Positions 1-13,215 of a stretch of 64,000 nt of DNA are shown here, piece by piece. Below the pieces are notes generated by a model. The model was not told where the DNA came from. It ran no database searches and saw nothing but the letters and a program-made list of their open reading frames with translations. The translations under genes were made by a program, and so were the position numbers. How positions within the stretch are numbered: position 1 is the stretch's first letter; each line of letters starts with the position of its first letter. Source of the stretch: Octopus sinensis (taxonomy: Eukaryota); assembly GCF_006345805.1 (NCBI RefSeq), contig NC_042999.1:147498001-147562000 (forward strand). The letters are read 5' to 3'.

Positions 1-1990
1 ACTATTATTTTTTGGTACTGATATAGAAAATATTCCTTTCATTGATCTCTTTCATTTGTCTATCCCATACACTCTGTATTAAGTTGGTTCATGCTGGTTT
101 GTCTATCTACAGTTGATATGATTCTCTAATCTATGTTCCTTTATTTAGCATATCAGTGACATTAATTCATTATTCTCTAAGTGTACTTCTCCCGTAAATC
201 TGTATCTAGCCTTTGTAGTGGTATCTCGATATTTATTCCCTGCATCATACAAAGTTTATTTACTTACAAAATAAGACTGAATACTATGTTGTAGTTTTTG
301 TAACAGAGGCCAACTTTGATTAATATGTTACTTACAGGTGTTTATATTTTTATTATTACTTGTATGAATCTGCAGAATTGCTTGCCATTTAAATATGATG
401 TTTAATGTCCCGTATATTGCCAAACGTGCCACGCTGCCGCTATCGATAGTAGGTCTGGCATAGCGCTTAGCAGCAAGTCACCCATCTTTAAGTTCTTAGA
501 TCAAATTGCGATGGGGTCTACATTGCTTTTCAGCCTGTCGAAAATTAAGTACCTGTTAAGTACTGGTGTCAATATTATCGACTTCGCTCTCCCCTAAAAA
601 AACTGCTGGTCTTGTGCCAAATTTGAAACCATCATTGATAATACTCTGCAGTTGTTTGCAGCCTATCAAACTCTTGTGTAGGAAAGCTGGGCAAAAGCCT
701 TTTTGTAGTATATCCAAGATAGGTTTAATCCGTTTCTTCTATTTTTTTTAATGTTCAGTTATGGCTTTCTAAAGTAGTAATTGATATTTACATCCATTTG
801 AGAAACGTTAGCATTCATCTTGCCTTCTGCTAAAAACAATTTTCTCCCAAGTATATTTTCTCAGCAATATGTCCTAGTAAGTTATATAAAGGCAGGTGCA
901 TGTTATAGATCTGTATGTTAACTGTTATACTTGAAGATGGTGCATCCTTCAGTGGGACGGTTTCGATTAGTTTCAAGTTTCAACAGCACTTTATGTTACA
1001 TTTTCGTCTGTACTTTAGTGTATCGGTTAAATAGATATTACCGAAATGGTCTTCTTGCCTCCTGTTTGTTTATTTGTTCACTGCGTCTGGGTTGCGTTGG
1101 CTGTTATGTTCATACAACTTTGTTGAGGTCCTGTGTCAGTTAACTCGTACAACCCACACATTTCTTAATGTAACCCACCATCCTTCATACTCCTGTTTAT
1201 AAATTCATTCATTCCATTGCTTTCGGTGATGCATTAACTTAAAATTTATTTCTATTTTCTGTTTCATAGAATCCTTTGGGGTGTGTTATGTTCGTTTTCT
1301 TCAATAGAATGCTTCTTCTATTTCATACCAAAGATTTTTATTTTCTAAATCATCGAAGATCTATCTAGCCAGAAGTTATTCAATTTCACTTGATGCTTAT
1401 TTTTTGCTGTTTTTGAAGAATTTATGTTTAGTTTCAGTTGTGACGACCGTTATTGAGTTCATTAAGAATTGAAAAGATTTTTCTGTTTATTCGTTTTTCA
1501 AGTTTTTTCTCATTGGTTTTCTTATTTTTGAATGAACAGATCTGAAGAAGAGCTTCTCCTTAAACTACAATCTTTGTTGCATATGTTATTTGCTTTAACT
1601 TAGTGGTATTGACATCTGAATGTAGTTTCATTAAGTAATTAAGGTTAGCGTTGTTTAAAGTTATTGCTATTTTACAAATGTGATTTTTCTTAGGGGGTAC
1701 CTTCGTCAGTAACTAGGAAGATGTATTGATTTTAATACTCTAATTAGATTCTCATGTAAATTTTTCCTATCTCTTGTACAACCTATTCTGAAATATTCCT
1801 AATAGTTATTTTTCATTATATTTTTTGTCTGTGTTGTTAGTTATGATTTGTTTTACACTGGTTACATTTTCCATGTGTGTTTTCTTGTTTTCTATTGTGT
1901 TTTATTGTTTAGATTCTTTTGCACACGCCGTCCATGATTTATGCCCTCCGTTTCAAGTTCTTAGTTTTACTTGGATTTTCATTTTATACG
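1..1990 (-). mobile_element. Heavily decayed R4/Dong-clade LINE (RT region), interrupted by a SINE fragment at about 480-640
   Basis: Minus-strand translation gives YRSITC (~898-916), GCKYQLL (~775-796) and SWIYYKKAF (~693-719). These are collinear with YRPITC/GCKDQLL/AWIDYKKAF in the RT of the 51571-53118 ORF. Many stops; right boundary approximate. Confidence 0.75.
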
Positions 1991-2145
1991 GTTCTTGTTT
2001 AATGTCCCAGTTTAGTCTCTCATATATATGTGTGTATGCGTGCGTGTGCGTGAGTGTGGATTCATATGTGTGTGTGAGTGTATACAGCTATGTATTAATA
2101 ACAACAAAATCAACAATGGCAATAATAATAAGAGAAGTAGTAGTA

Positions 2146-2195
<50 letters not shown>

Positions 2196-2210
2196 TATTA
2201 TAATTATAAA

Positions 2211-2765
2211 TGCCCTGATGCAGTACCAGGCAGTGGCTCTCATGCCTTCTGATCTTAATTGATTGGAAGTGTTATCATCTACGTTGTTTTGTCTTGGTAT
2301 AAAAGATGGGCTACAGCAAATATTCTGCTCAATACCACAGATTTGCTTGTCAGTTGTTTGACCTTAACCAGTTGAGCATGTCCCTTAGTGGCTGACGATA
2401 TGTGCATCTCTGATCACCAGCAGAAGAAGTGGGGGAGCATCATAGCTATGTGTTGAGAAGGATTCTTTGGGGTTTGAATAATTCACCTGTGGAAACATGG
2501 GTGGTTCTTTCAACATCCTTAAACAACCCTTATTCAGGGACCCTTTGAGCGGGATGGGCTACTCAACCTGAAGAAAATTCTAACTGGGCCCCACCTGCAA
2601 GGTCATGTGCGGTTTATCTTGATATGAGATCACCATGTCGCGCACATATGGTTGTGATGCATGTGCCTGGTGTACCCTTATCAGACGGATAGTCATGATG
2701 GGTATACTGGGATTCGTATATTTTACCCCAGTGTCACTTTGATGGCATGAACTGCTCTCTCACTC

Positions 2766-2766
<1 letters not shown>
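2211..2766 (+). mobile_element. ~555-bp non-coding retroposon inserted in an (AAT)n array
   Basis: Flanked on both sides by (AAT)n. A diverged second copy at 4445-5019 shares the same start (T[G/A]CCCTGATG) and end (CTCTCACTCA). Confidence 0.7.
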
Positions 2767-2811
<45 letters not shown>

Positions 2812-3123
2812 TAATAATAATAATAAATAATAATAATAATAATAATAATAACGAAGTAGAGACATCCAAATAGTCGTGGTGAAAACTAGTTTCTTAGCCT
2901 CTGGAATACACAAGCTTTGTATATATAACAAGCTTGATATGATAATCGCTCAATTAAGTTTATTAATCCAATATCTTTGACCCTATATCGAAATTAGAAG
3001 CGACGATAAGATGAATGAAAGCAACAACGTTTGCTTGTCATGCGATAATTAAATCTGTGAATGTATAAATGAAAGGAATGGAATAGGTATATCCATTCTC
3101 TGATACATGTTTATATATATATG

Positions 3124-3193
<70 letters not shown>

Positions 3194-3265
3194 ATGTGTG
3201 TGTGTGTGTGTGTGCGTGTGTGTGTGTGTGCGTGTATACATATATATATATACATATATATTTAT

Positions 3266-3333
<68 letters not shown>

Positions 3334-3361
3334 CACTCTTGTGTCAAGATAATAATAATAA

Positions 3362-3568
3362 TCCTTTCCATTATTGGTACAAGGCCTGATATTTTGGAGA
3401 ACGGATTCATCGATTCCATAGACCCCAGTGCTTGACCAGTACTTATTTCATCAACCCCGAAAGAATGAAATACAAAGCCAACCACAACGGAATTTGAACT
3501 CAGAACGTAAGGACGAAATGCCGCTAAACTTTTCGACCAAATTGCTAAAGATTCTGCCAGCTCACCTT
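3362..3568 (-). mobile_element. tRNA-derived SINE family A, diverged copy
   Basis: Reverse-complement similarity to 50516-50747 (GAGCTGGCAGAA head, GAGTTCAAATTCC B-box). Confidence 0.7.
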
Positions 3569-3585
3569 CATGATAATGGTAATAA

Positions 3586-4430
3586 TAAAGAGAATATCAG
3601 GAAAGAGTGTTACCGGAGAGTTCGTGCATTCCTAAAATCCGATTTCAATGCACGGAACAAGGTGTTAGCTATGAATTCCTTAGACGTTTTGGTTGTTATT
3701 TACAGTTTCAATGAGTTGAACTGGAATATGAGCGAAATAAGGAAAATTGACAGGAAATTCCGTAAGCTGCTGACTTGCAATAAGATACACCACTCGAAGG
3801 CAGACGCAAATCGTCTTTACCTACCCAGAGCTCAACGAGGTCGAGACTTGATCCGATTTGAAATTTCTTACAAAACCACCACAATTGGACGGCAAAATAT
3901 TGTGAAACATCTAATGACTGGATGCTAATGCTCATTGAAAACCATAAAAGATGTAAGAAGCTACATTTTGTGATGAAGGAGAGCAAACTATTTTCAAGTG
4001 AACCTATGCATAATACCCAGGTTGAATAGCAACTGTAGTTGCAAAGAAGGTTAAATCAATAGCAAAACAAAATGCGTTTGAACAATTGGCTGACAGGTGG
4101 GAACGAAAACCTGTGCATGGGAAATATGAGGCCCGTAGCAAACAAGTTGATGTAGTCTAGAAGCACATCCATCAGTGGCTTCGGAGCTCAGGGCTAGAGG
4201 CTGATAGCGAAGGCTATATCTTGATTGCCGAAGATCAGAGCTTATTGACCAGGAACTATTAAGCCAACGTGATGGAATATGGTGTAGAATCAAAGTGCCG
4301 ATACTGTAACGAAAGGATAGAATCAGTTGACCACCTAATCACTTGATGTAAGGTTTTAGCACCTGGAGAGTACAAATCAAGACACGAGAGAATTGGCCAA
4401 TATCTACACGGGATAATATGTCGGCATTAA
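3586..4430 (+). mobile_element. R4/Dong LINE internal fragment (post-RT to CCHC), same family as the 50.8-kb element
   Basis: KENIRKECYRRVRAFLKSDFNARNKVLAMNSL matches KEKIRKECYRRVRAVLKSELNARNKVLAINSL. Nucleotide similarity to ~53235-54095, with stops and frameshifts. Confidence 0.9.
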
Positions 4431-4444
4431 CAACACAACAACAT

Positions 4445-5019
4445 TACCCTGATGGAATAACAGACAATATTTCTTACGAATCCTGATTTAAAACTGATCA
4501 GAAGTGTTCATAAGTTCATGTTTTGTCTTCGTGTAAGAGATGGGCTACAGCAAATATTCTGCTCAATACCACAGATTTGCTTGTCATTTGCTTGACCATA
4601 GCCACGCGATATTAGCGACTGGTGCGATATTAGAGCACCTCTGATCACGAGCAGATTTAGTGGAGATCAACATAGTCATGTGCTGAGAGGAATCGTTTGG
4701 GATTCGAATAATTCACCTCTGGAAACATGAGTATTTTATTCATCACCCTTAAACAGCTCATATTCAAGGGTGTTTTGGGCAGGATGGGCTACTCAACCTG
4801 ACGGAAATTTCTAACTGGGCCCCATGTGCAACGTCACCATGTCGTGCAAATATAGTTGTGAAGCGTGTGCCTGTTGTATCTTTAGCAAACAGTCGTTATG
4901 TGTATATTTTTGTACCCCAGTATTTGTACAAATTTGTACAGTATAGGGTACAAAATACAGTAATGCTATATTTTTGTACCCCAGAATTACCTGGTTGGTA
5001 TGAGCTCTTCTCTCACTCA
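4445..5019 (+). mobile_element. Second, diverged copy of the 555-bp non-coding retroposon
   Basis: Shares AGATGGGCTACAGCAAATATTCTGCTCAATACCACAGATTTGCTTGTCA and further blocks with 2211-2766. Confidence 0.8.
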
Positions 5020-5829
5020 ATGAAAATAATACTGTCTTGTGAGGTGACTAAGTATTCCGGTGTATTTTCCTTCCACACTGCGTGACGAAGTAATAATAAC
5101 CACTAAGAGTTTACATAAAAAATAGCATTATACACAACACTGGACAGATAATAATAAGCATTATTGTTGTCTTGTTACTTTCGTTAAAAATTATTTTAGT
5201 AAGTCTGTACAAAGCGAGTTGGAAATATAGGCTTGTAAATAGAAACAATAATTTGAATGGACTGAACGCTACAGTAAATTCTAGTAGATTATAATACATT
5301 AATACCTTGACGCCTGAACTCAGCTGAAATTACCATTATGAGGAATCTGTAGAGACTATCGATATATAAAGTAAAATTGTAAACTGATCAAGTTTTTTCC
5401 TGCAATTTTCAGTCTTCTTTTATCCAAACTGCATTGTACCAGATTTACATAATAATTCTTACCTCTGTCTCCCCATCCCTTCATCTGCTATATGCTCTTC
5501 TAATATCATGATGCCTAAACGAGACTGAATTTACTATCAAGAGGAATCTATTCAAACTGTTGAAATATCAGGTAAGTGGTAATTGGTTTTGCTTCTGTTT
5601 TCAATCGTTTATTTCCAACTTGCATTACAGTGGTTTTCTAAAATGATGTCAATGGCTTCATGTCACATTCTTTCTTACAAATAATATTGGCGCGAGCCCT
5701 CGTGTCTAAATAAGGAGACACCTTATCTGTTGGTGAAGTATCATTTCTCTTTTCTACTTCCCTTTTATCTCTTCAATTTCCATATCTGTAAACCACCTTG
5801 TTGCTCCTATTATGGTTATTATTATTATT

Positions 5830-6010
5830 ATTATTCATATACACTCAGCAAATTAGACTGTTGGAAAAGAAAAGAATCCTAACATCAAGCTACAACAAGT
5901 TGACTGAGATGCCAAGAACCCGCCTAAATATTCTATCTGTCTCTAATGATGCTGTTTTCTGCAGCTGTACTAAACTGGATTTATGCCTATTTCCTCCATC
6001 CATCTATTCA
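5830..6010 (-). mobile_element. R4/Dong LINE 3' end fragment
   Basis: Minus-strand translation LVQLQKTASLETDRIFRRVLGIS resembles the C-terminal QK..L....R.L motif. Followed on the minus strand by an (AAT)n tract. Confidence 0.6.
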
Positions 6011-6011
6011 G

Positions 6012-6055
<44 letters not shown>

Positions 6056-6300
6056 TACCACCACCACCACCGCCATCATCATCATCATCATCATCATCAT
6101 CATTATTATTATTATTATATTATATTATTATATTATTATTATTATTATTATCATCATTATTATTATCATTATTATATTATTATATTATTATTATATTATA
6201 TTATTATATTATTATATTATTATTATTATTATTATTATTACTAGTAGTATTAGTAGTAGTAGTAGTAGTATAGTAGTAGTAGTAGTAGTAGTAGTAGTGT
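6011..6300. repeat. Compound trinucleotide microsatellite (CAT/CAC/TAT/TAG)
   Basis: Direct inspection. Confidence 0.95.
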
Positions 6301-6329
6301 TGCTGTTGTTGTCACTATTATCATCATTG

Positions 6330-6634
6330 CTTTTGCACAGCTTCTAATGCTGGAGATGTAATACGGTGTCAGCTGTTCAGTAACAGTGAACTAAGGTAAC
6401 AAGTGCTGTTTTCTGCAAGTGCTCCAATCTTATTGGAGCTCCTTGTTCCATGTACTTCTCAAGCCTTTTACTCACTGTTCCCAGACCTCTGACAATTATT
6501 GGTATTACTACCACCTATTTCATCAGCCACAACTGCTTAATCTCCCAAGCTAACCTGTCATATCTATCCACTTTTCTTTCTTCCTTACCGCATACCTTGT
6601 TGTCAGCTGGGCATGCTATATCTATTATCCAGCA
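6330..6634 (-). mobile_element. R4/Dong LINE fragment, RLE endonuclease C-terminal part
   Basis: Minus-strand translation WIIDIACPADNKVCGKEERKVDRYDRLAWEIKQLW...VVIPIIVRGLGTVSK...LQKTAL. Confidence 0.85.
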
Positions 6635-6636
6635 TT

Positions 6637-6854
6637 AAGGCGGCGAGCTGGCAGAAACATTAGCACGCCGGGCGAAATGCGTCGCCGTATTTCGTCTGTC
6701 GTTACGTTGTGAGTTCAAATTCCGCCGAGGTCGACTTTGCCTTTCATCCTTTCGGGGTCGATTAAATAAAGTACCAGTTACGCACTGGGGTTAATGTAAA
6801 CGACTTAATCCCCTTTGTCTGTCCTTGTTTGTCCCCTCTATGTTTAGCCCCTTG
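6637..6854 (+). mobile_element. tRNA-derived SINE family A
   Basis: Near-identical to 50516-50747; A-box-like GCTGGCAGAA, B-box GAGTTCAAATTCC. Confidence 0.9.
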
Positions 6855-6900
6855 CTATATTGTCGTGGCGTCTCTTATATTCCTTCTGTGCTAGTGGCGT

Positions 6901-6965
6901 TCATCATCATCATTATTATTATTATTATTATTATCATCATTATTATTATTATTATCATCTTCATT

Positions 6966-7027
<62 letters not shown>

Positions 7028-7033
7028 TATCAA

Positions 7034-7094
<61 letters not shown>
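6901..7094. repeat. (CAT)n/(TAT)n microsatellite
   Basis: Direct inspection. Confidence 0.95.
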
Positions 7095-7115
<21 letters not shown>

Positions 7116-7300
7116 TAGTAGTCTTAGTTTTATAACGTGCTTTCATTGCACAACCGAGTGCAGCTCTGTGCCTTGGGGATGTGCTGTAGTTTATTGTGAT
7201 GCTCTTATAGTTACTGCATTGAAAGTGTTTTACGTAGCCTAGTAGTGCTATTTTCTGTATATAATATATATTTCTTAGACCTTTGGGTTTTTGTTATATG
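7095..7300 (-). mobile_element. R4/Dong LINE 3' terminus with (AAT)n tail
   Basis: Minus-strand IQKIALL motif at ~7240-7262, a short 3' UTR, then (AAT)n. Confidence 0.55.
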
Positions 7301-8120
7301 TTTGCCTGAATATTCTTTTACACCCCTTATATTCGAACACCATCCGCATTATGCGAACGGTTCTGTTTTCTGCAAGTGCTAACTTTATTTATATTATATA
7401 TGTATATATATCAACAGATGTATTGTGTATTGGTTATCCCCAGTTCCATATTGGGTATATTCCATCATATGTATATTTCTGTATGTGTCTGTGTATGCAT
7501 GTCTGTATGCATGCGTGACGCCCTTGCATATGTGGAATTCTAGCTAATAATTTTAACGTTTTATAATCCTACGTAATTTTATATTTTATTCTTACATTTA
7601 TTTATTTGCATTTCCAAGTATGAAATCGACGTAATAATGGACAAGCCAAGTGTCTTGAGAAAGCGTAGGATTAATTCCAAAGAAAAAAATCTAATAATAC
7701 ATTATAAATCAACTTGCACAACGAACTTTTACAAATTAGTGAGCGAACGTTCCTGGAAATTAACGAAAAGTTATAAAAATTTATAACTCATTCTGGGAAT
7801 ATTAATTTTTAGAATTACCAAAATCAATTTGGATATTCAAATTATAAATAATCAAGACAGCAATTATATTTTGGATATTATCTTATATTGAATTAGACCA
7901 ATTTACTTTTGCACAATTTTCGCATTTATTTGCTTCATTAATTCAAATCGTGTCCACTTTAGTGATATTAGTTGTAATAATAATTCACAAACAAGAAGTA
8001 ATGGCGGTAAGCACATTGCAATCCCATCAGATGTGGTATTGCGAATAACGAAAGATACATTAACTTTAAAAAATGTATTGCTATATATATATATATATAT
8101 AATATATATTATATATTATA

Positions 8121-8156
<36 letters not shown>

Positions 8157-8915
8157 TGTATGTATGTATGTATGTATGTATATGTGTGTGTGTATGTATG
8201 TATGTATGTATTTATGTATATATATATACAGATAGATAGATAGAGAGAGAGAGAGGAGAGAGAGAGAAGAGAAAGAGTGTCAGACAAACAGATAGAATAT
8301 CCGAGATTAGCAAGAGGAATGGAGAAAATATTCTAATATTAGAAAATAGAACTACAAGACATCCAGTTATTATCAAAGCAAATTCATGAGTGCTGCTAAA
8401 AGAGCTATGCGTTGGGTTGTTTTGAGAAACCACATGGTGCATGAGGTTCGGCAAACCATGATAGTGTCAATCATGTTGGCTTCTGAGCAAATTATTTCTA
8501 CACAGTTTCACATAGAATATGTTGCCGAACTTCAGCTGCATGAAAAAGTCTTATTAAATATATCTCTCTTCGTGGAATCTATCTAACAGCAGGGTGCTAA
8601 CCAAAGTAACATTTTGAGAGCACGGTCATACATACGTCGCTTTTACATGCACCTTTTTTATTGTTTCAGTCATTAGACCGCGGTCATACTGGAGCACCAC
8701 CTTCAGGACGTTTTAGTTGAATGAAGCGCCTGCAGTGCTTATTTTCTAAACTTGATAATTATTCTATCTGTTACTTTTGTCGAATTGTTCAGTTATGGGG
8801 ATGCAAACTCACTAACACCGGTTGTCAAGCATTAGTAGAGAGACAAAGACAGACAGAAAGATTCATGTATTTGATAGATATACATATATACATATATACA
8901 TACATATATATATAT

Positions 8916-8983
<68 letters not shown>

Positions 8984-9239
8984 AAAAAATGTGAAGCATG
9001 ACTGTCACCACTACTACATGAACCTGAAGATTGCAGAATTTCATGCATGAAAGTACTAGTTCAATCAGAATGAACATTTAACATTCTATTATTTTATTTT
9101 ATTTAATTATATTATATTATATTATATTATATCATTATAAGATTGTAAATAAAACGTGAAAATCAGACAAGGCTGGAATTCCTTTTATTAATATATTCTT
9201 CTATACACAATCACCCCCCATATATATATCTATATATAT

Positions 9240-9281
<42 letters not shown>

Positions 9282-9285
9282 ACAT

Positions 9286-9335
<50 letters not shown>

Positions 9336-9339
9336 ATAG

Positions 9340-9503
9340 GACTGGCTTCTTCTTCGGTGTCAGTCTACCAAATCTATTCACAGGACTTTGATCGGCCCGA
9401 AGCTTTAATAGAAAAACACTAGCCCAAGGTACGATGCAGTGGAACTGAACACGAAATCATGTGTCTAGGAAGCAAGTTTCTTATCACACTACCACACCTG
9501 CGT
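9340..9503 (-). mobile_element. tRNA-derived SINE family B, 5' part; its 3' part lies at about 8660-8850
   Basis: Reverse-complement similarity to 12134-12230 and 17165-17330. Confidence 0.65.
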
Positions 9504-10099
9504 CTACACTAAGTGAATTTTTATATTGGAAAATGCTACTTAATATTGGCTGATATTGTAGGCTCACCAGAATTAAGAATCCGATGCACGAGGACGGGAG
9601 AAAACCTATAACGAGTTCATAGATTATCGAACTATTACATATCCTGACGCACAATCGGCTTTCGACGTCTAGATATATTTAGTAATAGATCGATTGGGTA
9701 GTAAACCAAATGAATAAATGTCTGTTATACTGGCTAGTAATGTTTATCCCCAGACTGGCTCTAATTGGTTATTACCAGTGAGATCACATTAGCTGCTTTT
9801 ATTAGGTGAAGGAGTGGAGGGAGATTAAGTGTCTGCTTATTATATTATACATTGTGTTTTTCCTCCTTTTTTGGCCCGTGGTACGAGATGTCAATGAGAT
9901 ATGACTGGTATGTACTACATTCTCGGTGAGATAGAGTATGCAATTTTACACGGTTTTTGATAGTACTGAATGATATTATAAATTCGATATGTATTAATAT
10001 AAAGGCTTCTATGACCTCGGAATATGGTATATGTAAGAAGTAAATCGTTGTGATAAAGAATCTTGTGACACATATATATAAATAATATGTGTTTGTATG

Positions 10100-10490
10100 T
10101 GTGTGTATGTACACACCTACAAATGCACTCACACACGTCAAGGTCACCAGCCCTCTTCCACACGCACATACATGCTCTCTTATACACACGCATGCGCACC
10201 TTCGTTTTCGGATCACCACTACTTTATTATCTCTTCTTCTTCTTCTTTTTCTTCTTCTTCTTCTTCACCGCACTCCTGTGTGACCCCTCTGCCCGACATT
10301 CGCCATGATAGATCGCTAGCCACTACACATTCTTTATTTTATCTCCTTGTTTCTTTATGTGCTCCTTTCTGTGGAAAAGCGTAGGCTCAAAACGTTAAAG
10401 GCTTTTTTTACTTCCCGAGCGTTAAACTAATACATCAATTTGTTGTCTACACCACCTGTCTTCGTCTTTTACCTTTTGTAAATTCTCCCT
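10100..10490 (+). mobile_element. Non-coding repeat family P1 (Penelope-like terminal repeat) ending at (TA)n, with a degenerate HHR at 10364-10401
   Basis: Reverse-complement homology to 15660-16030 and 43438-43720. Confidence 0.65.
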
Positions 10491-10561
10491 ATATATATAT
10501 CTATGTATATATCCATGTATATATATATATATACATAGATATATACATAGATATATAGATT

Positions 10562-10629
<68 letters not shown>

Positions 10630-10796
10630 TAGATACATGTATATATATATAGATATATATATAGATAGATAGAGAGAGAGGGAGAGAGTGAGAGATACAG
10701 AGATAGAGATATAGAGAGATAGATAGATAAGTAGGTAGGTAGGTTAGTAGGTAGGTAGGTAGGTAGGTAGGTAGGTAGGTAGGTAGATACATACAT

Positions 10797-11340
10797 GGTG
10801 GCTGCCCCCTCGTTACCGGGTATGGCCATTGCACGAAGCTTAATCAATGTTGTTAGCGTGCAATGCCTGTGCAAGAAGATTTTTTTAAGTGGTGAAAGGT
10901 TGTGCACTGAGTCAATCTCACTCACTAAGCAACAGTAGCCATAATCCGAAAAGAAGAACAAGTCAACATCATCGGTAACCACTGAGCTGCAGGTTTTATG
11001 TCGGAGTTATCCCAGTTACCTGATTTACCTTCTCCTAGAAGGATGCCCTAACAAAGGCTAGGAGTCCTTCACTCCCAATGGTTTAGACGCGCGATCGGGT
11101 ATTCAGTCCGATTATTTCTATGTCCCCGCGCATGATCCAGCCGTAAGACATTTATTGGATGGTCGTTGACTCTCAAGAGTTCCTCCGCCCTTTGACGGGT
11201 TTTGTTTTTCATCCCGCAGGGTGTCCAATAAACACCCTCCTCACTAAGCAAGCTTGGTGGGGTTACCAGTTTAGTCGCCGACGACCCGACCATGCAACAG
11301 GTTGTACTGGGTTACCTGTAGCACTCAAACGTGACCTGAC
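10797..11340 (-). mobile_element. RTE-related non-autonomous element (~545 bp) in an (ATGT)n context
   Basis: Minus-strand GGACTCCTAG...CTAGGAGAAGGTAAA resembles the RTE 5'-UTR motif. No meaningful ORF, flanked by ACAT repeats. A decayed relative lies at ~24540-24830. Confidence 0.55.
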
Positions 11341-11589
11341 ACATACATACATACATACATACACACACACATACATACACACACATACATACACACACAG
11401 ATACATACATACTTACATAGACAGAAAGCTTTATATACATATCAAATAACTGGCGAGCTTAAAAATTATTCACTTTTCCAGTCTATCATTAAATTAAAAT
11501 ACATACTTAATCTGTGATATTGCCTCATATATCAAGCCATGGTTGCCATTCTCATAAATCAGTAAACTGTTTATATATATATATATATT

Positions 11590-11691
<102 letters not shown>

Positions 11692-11930
11692 CTATATATA
11701 CATATACACGCTTACATATGAATATAAGTTCATATATAACACTCTTTTACGATTGAATTTTAATGTTAATTTATGCTCATATGTATATTATCCAAAACAA
11801 TTGTTTTCAAAATGCATTGATTATTCCTTTACGTTTGGTTGCTAATCTAACTGCATTGCACTTCGTTTTATTACTAGTAATATATAACGGCTAGACTCTA
11901 AGTATGTGTGTGTGATGGGTGTATGTATAT

Positions 11931-12056
11931 ACAAGGGGGTCTATGCAAAGACTTGAGCCTCAAAAAACAAATCATGTTACAAGACTTCTGATGAAGGTAA
12001 AATACTTCAAGGCTCAAAGGTCTAGAAGGCTCAAAACTTTTCATACACCTCTCATA
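11931..12056. mobile_element. Degenerate Tc1/mariner-type MITE
   Basis: Imperfect ~30-bp inverted termini (CAAGGGGGTCTATGCAAAGACTTGAGCCT / AGGCTCAAAACTTTTCATACACCTCTCA), with TA flanks. Confidence 0.45.
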
Positions 12057-12133
12057 TATATACAAGTGTATGCTGGTGAGGTTCCATTAAGCCTATAACC
12101 TTGGGCTAAAAAATATAAATGATATTAAAATAA

Positions 12134-12370
12134 TAGGAGTGACTGTGTGGTAAGTAGCTTGCTTACCAACCACATGGTCCCAGGTTCAGTTCCATTGCGT
12201 GGCACCTTCGGCAAGTGTCTTCTACTACCGATGCTGGTGTGTTTATTGTTCACGTAAACTAGCGGGTAGGCAAAAGTAATTCGATAGAATAAGTACTAAG
12301 CTTACAAGGAATAAGTCGTGGACTTTATTTGGACGCAGTCAAATGACTGAAACAAGTAAAAGAATAAAAG
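12134..12370 (+). mobile_element. tRNA-derived SINE family B, internally deleted
   Basis: Head GTGACTGTGTGGTAAG...GGTTCAGTTCC, body GGCAAGTGTCTTCTA, tail AATGACTGAAACA, all shared with 17165-17607. Confidence 0.75.
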
Positions 12371-12469
12371 CCCATATATATAGTTAGTTAGATAAATGCG
12401 CATGGATATATAAGTATGAATACATATTGATATATTAAGATATATATACATACATATATATATATACAT

Positions 12470-12522
<53 letters not shown>

Positions 12523-12607
12523 AGTGTGTGTGTGTGTGTGTGTGTGTATACAGATGTATATAGATAGAAAGATAGACAGATAGATAGATAGGTAGATAGA
12601 TAGATAT

Positions 12608-13030
12608 GTTTCTTTATTAGCCACACAGGGCTGCACACAGATAGAACAAATTACAAGGTAGAGCTTTTCTTTTGAAGGTTTAATAAAATAAAATTTAAAA
12701 AAAGGAAGGGGGGAGTTTCGATCAATAGGGATCGTTATCACAGAAATGTCAATATGAAGTGTAAAGGGGAGGACAGGTGAGGTTTACCCGTGGAAAGAAA
12801 AGCCTACGGAAAAGACCACGGTAACCTCGGTCAATGGAGTCACATGTTATATTTCTTTTTTTTTTTTTTGCAAATAAGCAACTCTCTGTTTTCAATTTCT
12901 GGGTTCATAGGATCATGCTCAAGGTGGCTTCGTCATTCATACGTGCCATTCTTGCTACATTCACCCATCTTTTTTTAAAACATTCGCTAGACAAAACTTG
13001 CCTCTCTACTCTCACTTTCCTTTTCAAGTG
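12608..13030 (-). mobile_element. 5'-truncated L1/Tx1-like LINE 3' end inside a (GATA)n array
   Basis: Minus-strand HLKRKVRVERQVLSSECFKKRWVNVARM...* resembles the Tx1-type F..RW C-terminus. The 3' UTR ends with AATAAA, and GATA repeats lie on both sides. Confidence 0.6.
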
Positions 13031-13031
13031 G

Positions 13032-13149
<118 letters not shown>

Positions 13150-13215
13150 TGCATATTCAGTATAATCCTATAGATTTTCAAACAACTCAAGTTTCAAACC
13201 ACTGCGATACATCTG

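Noticed and set aside
3049-3435. IY/CV/HT-repeat ORFs here and throughout the window
   Set aside because: Translations of (TA)n, (TG)n, (GATA)n and trinucleotide microsatellites.
11986-12020. CTGATGAAGG as a hammerhead
   Set aside because: No downstream GAAA/UH with pairing stems.
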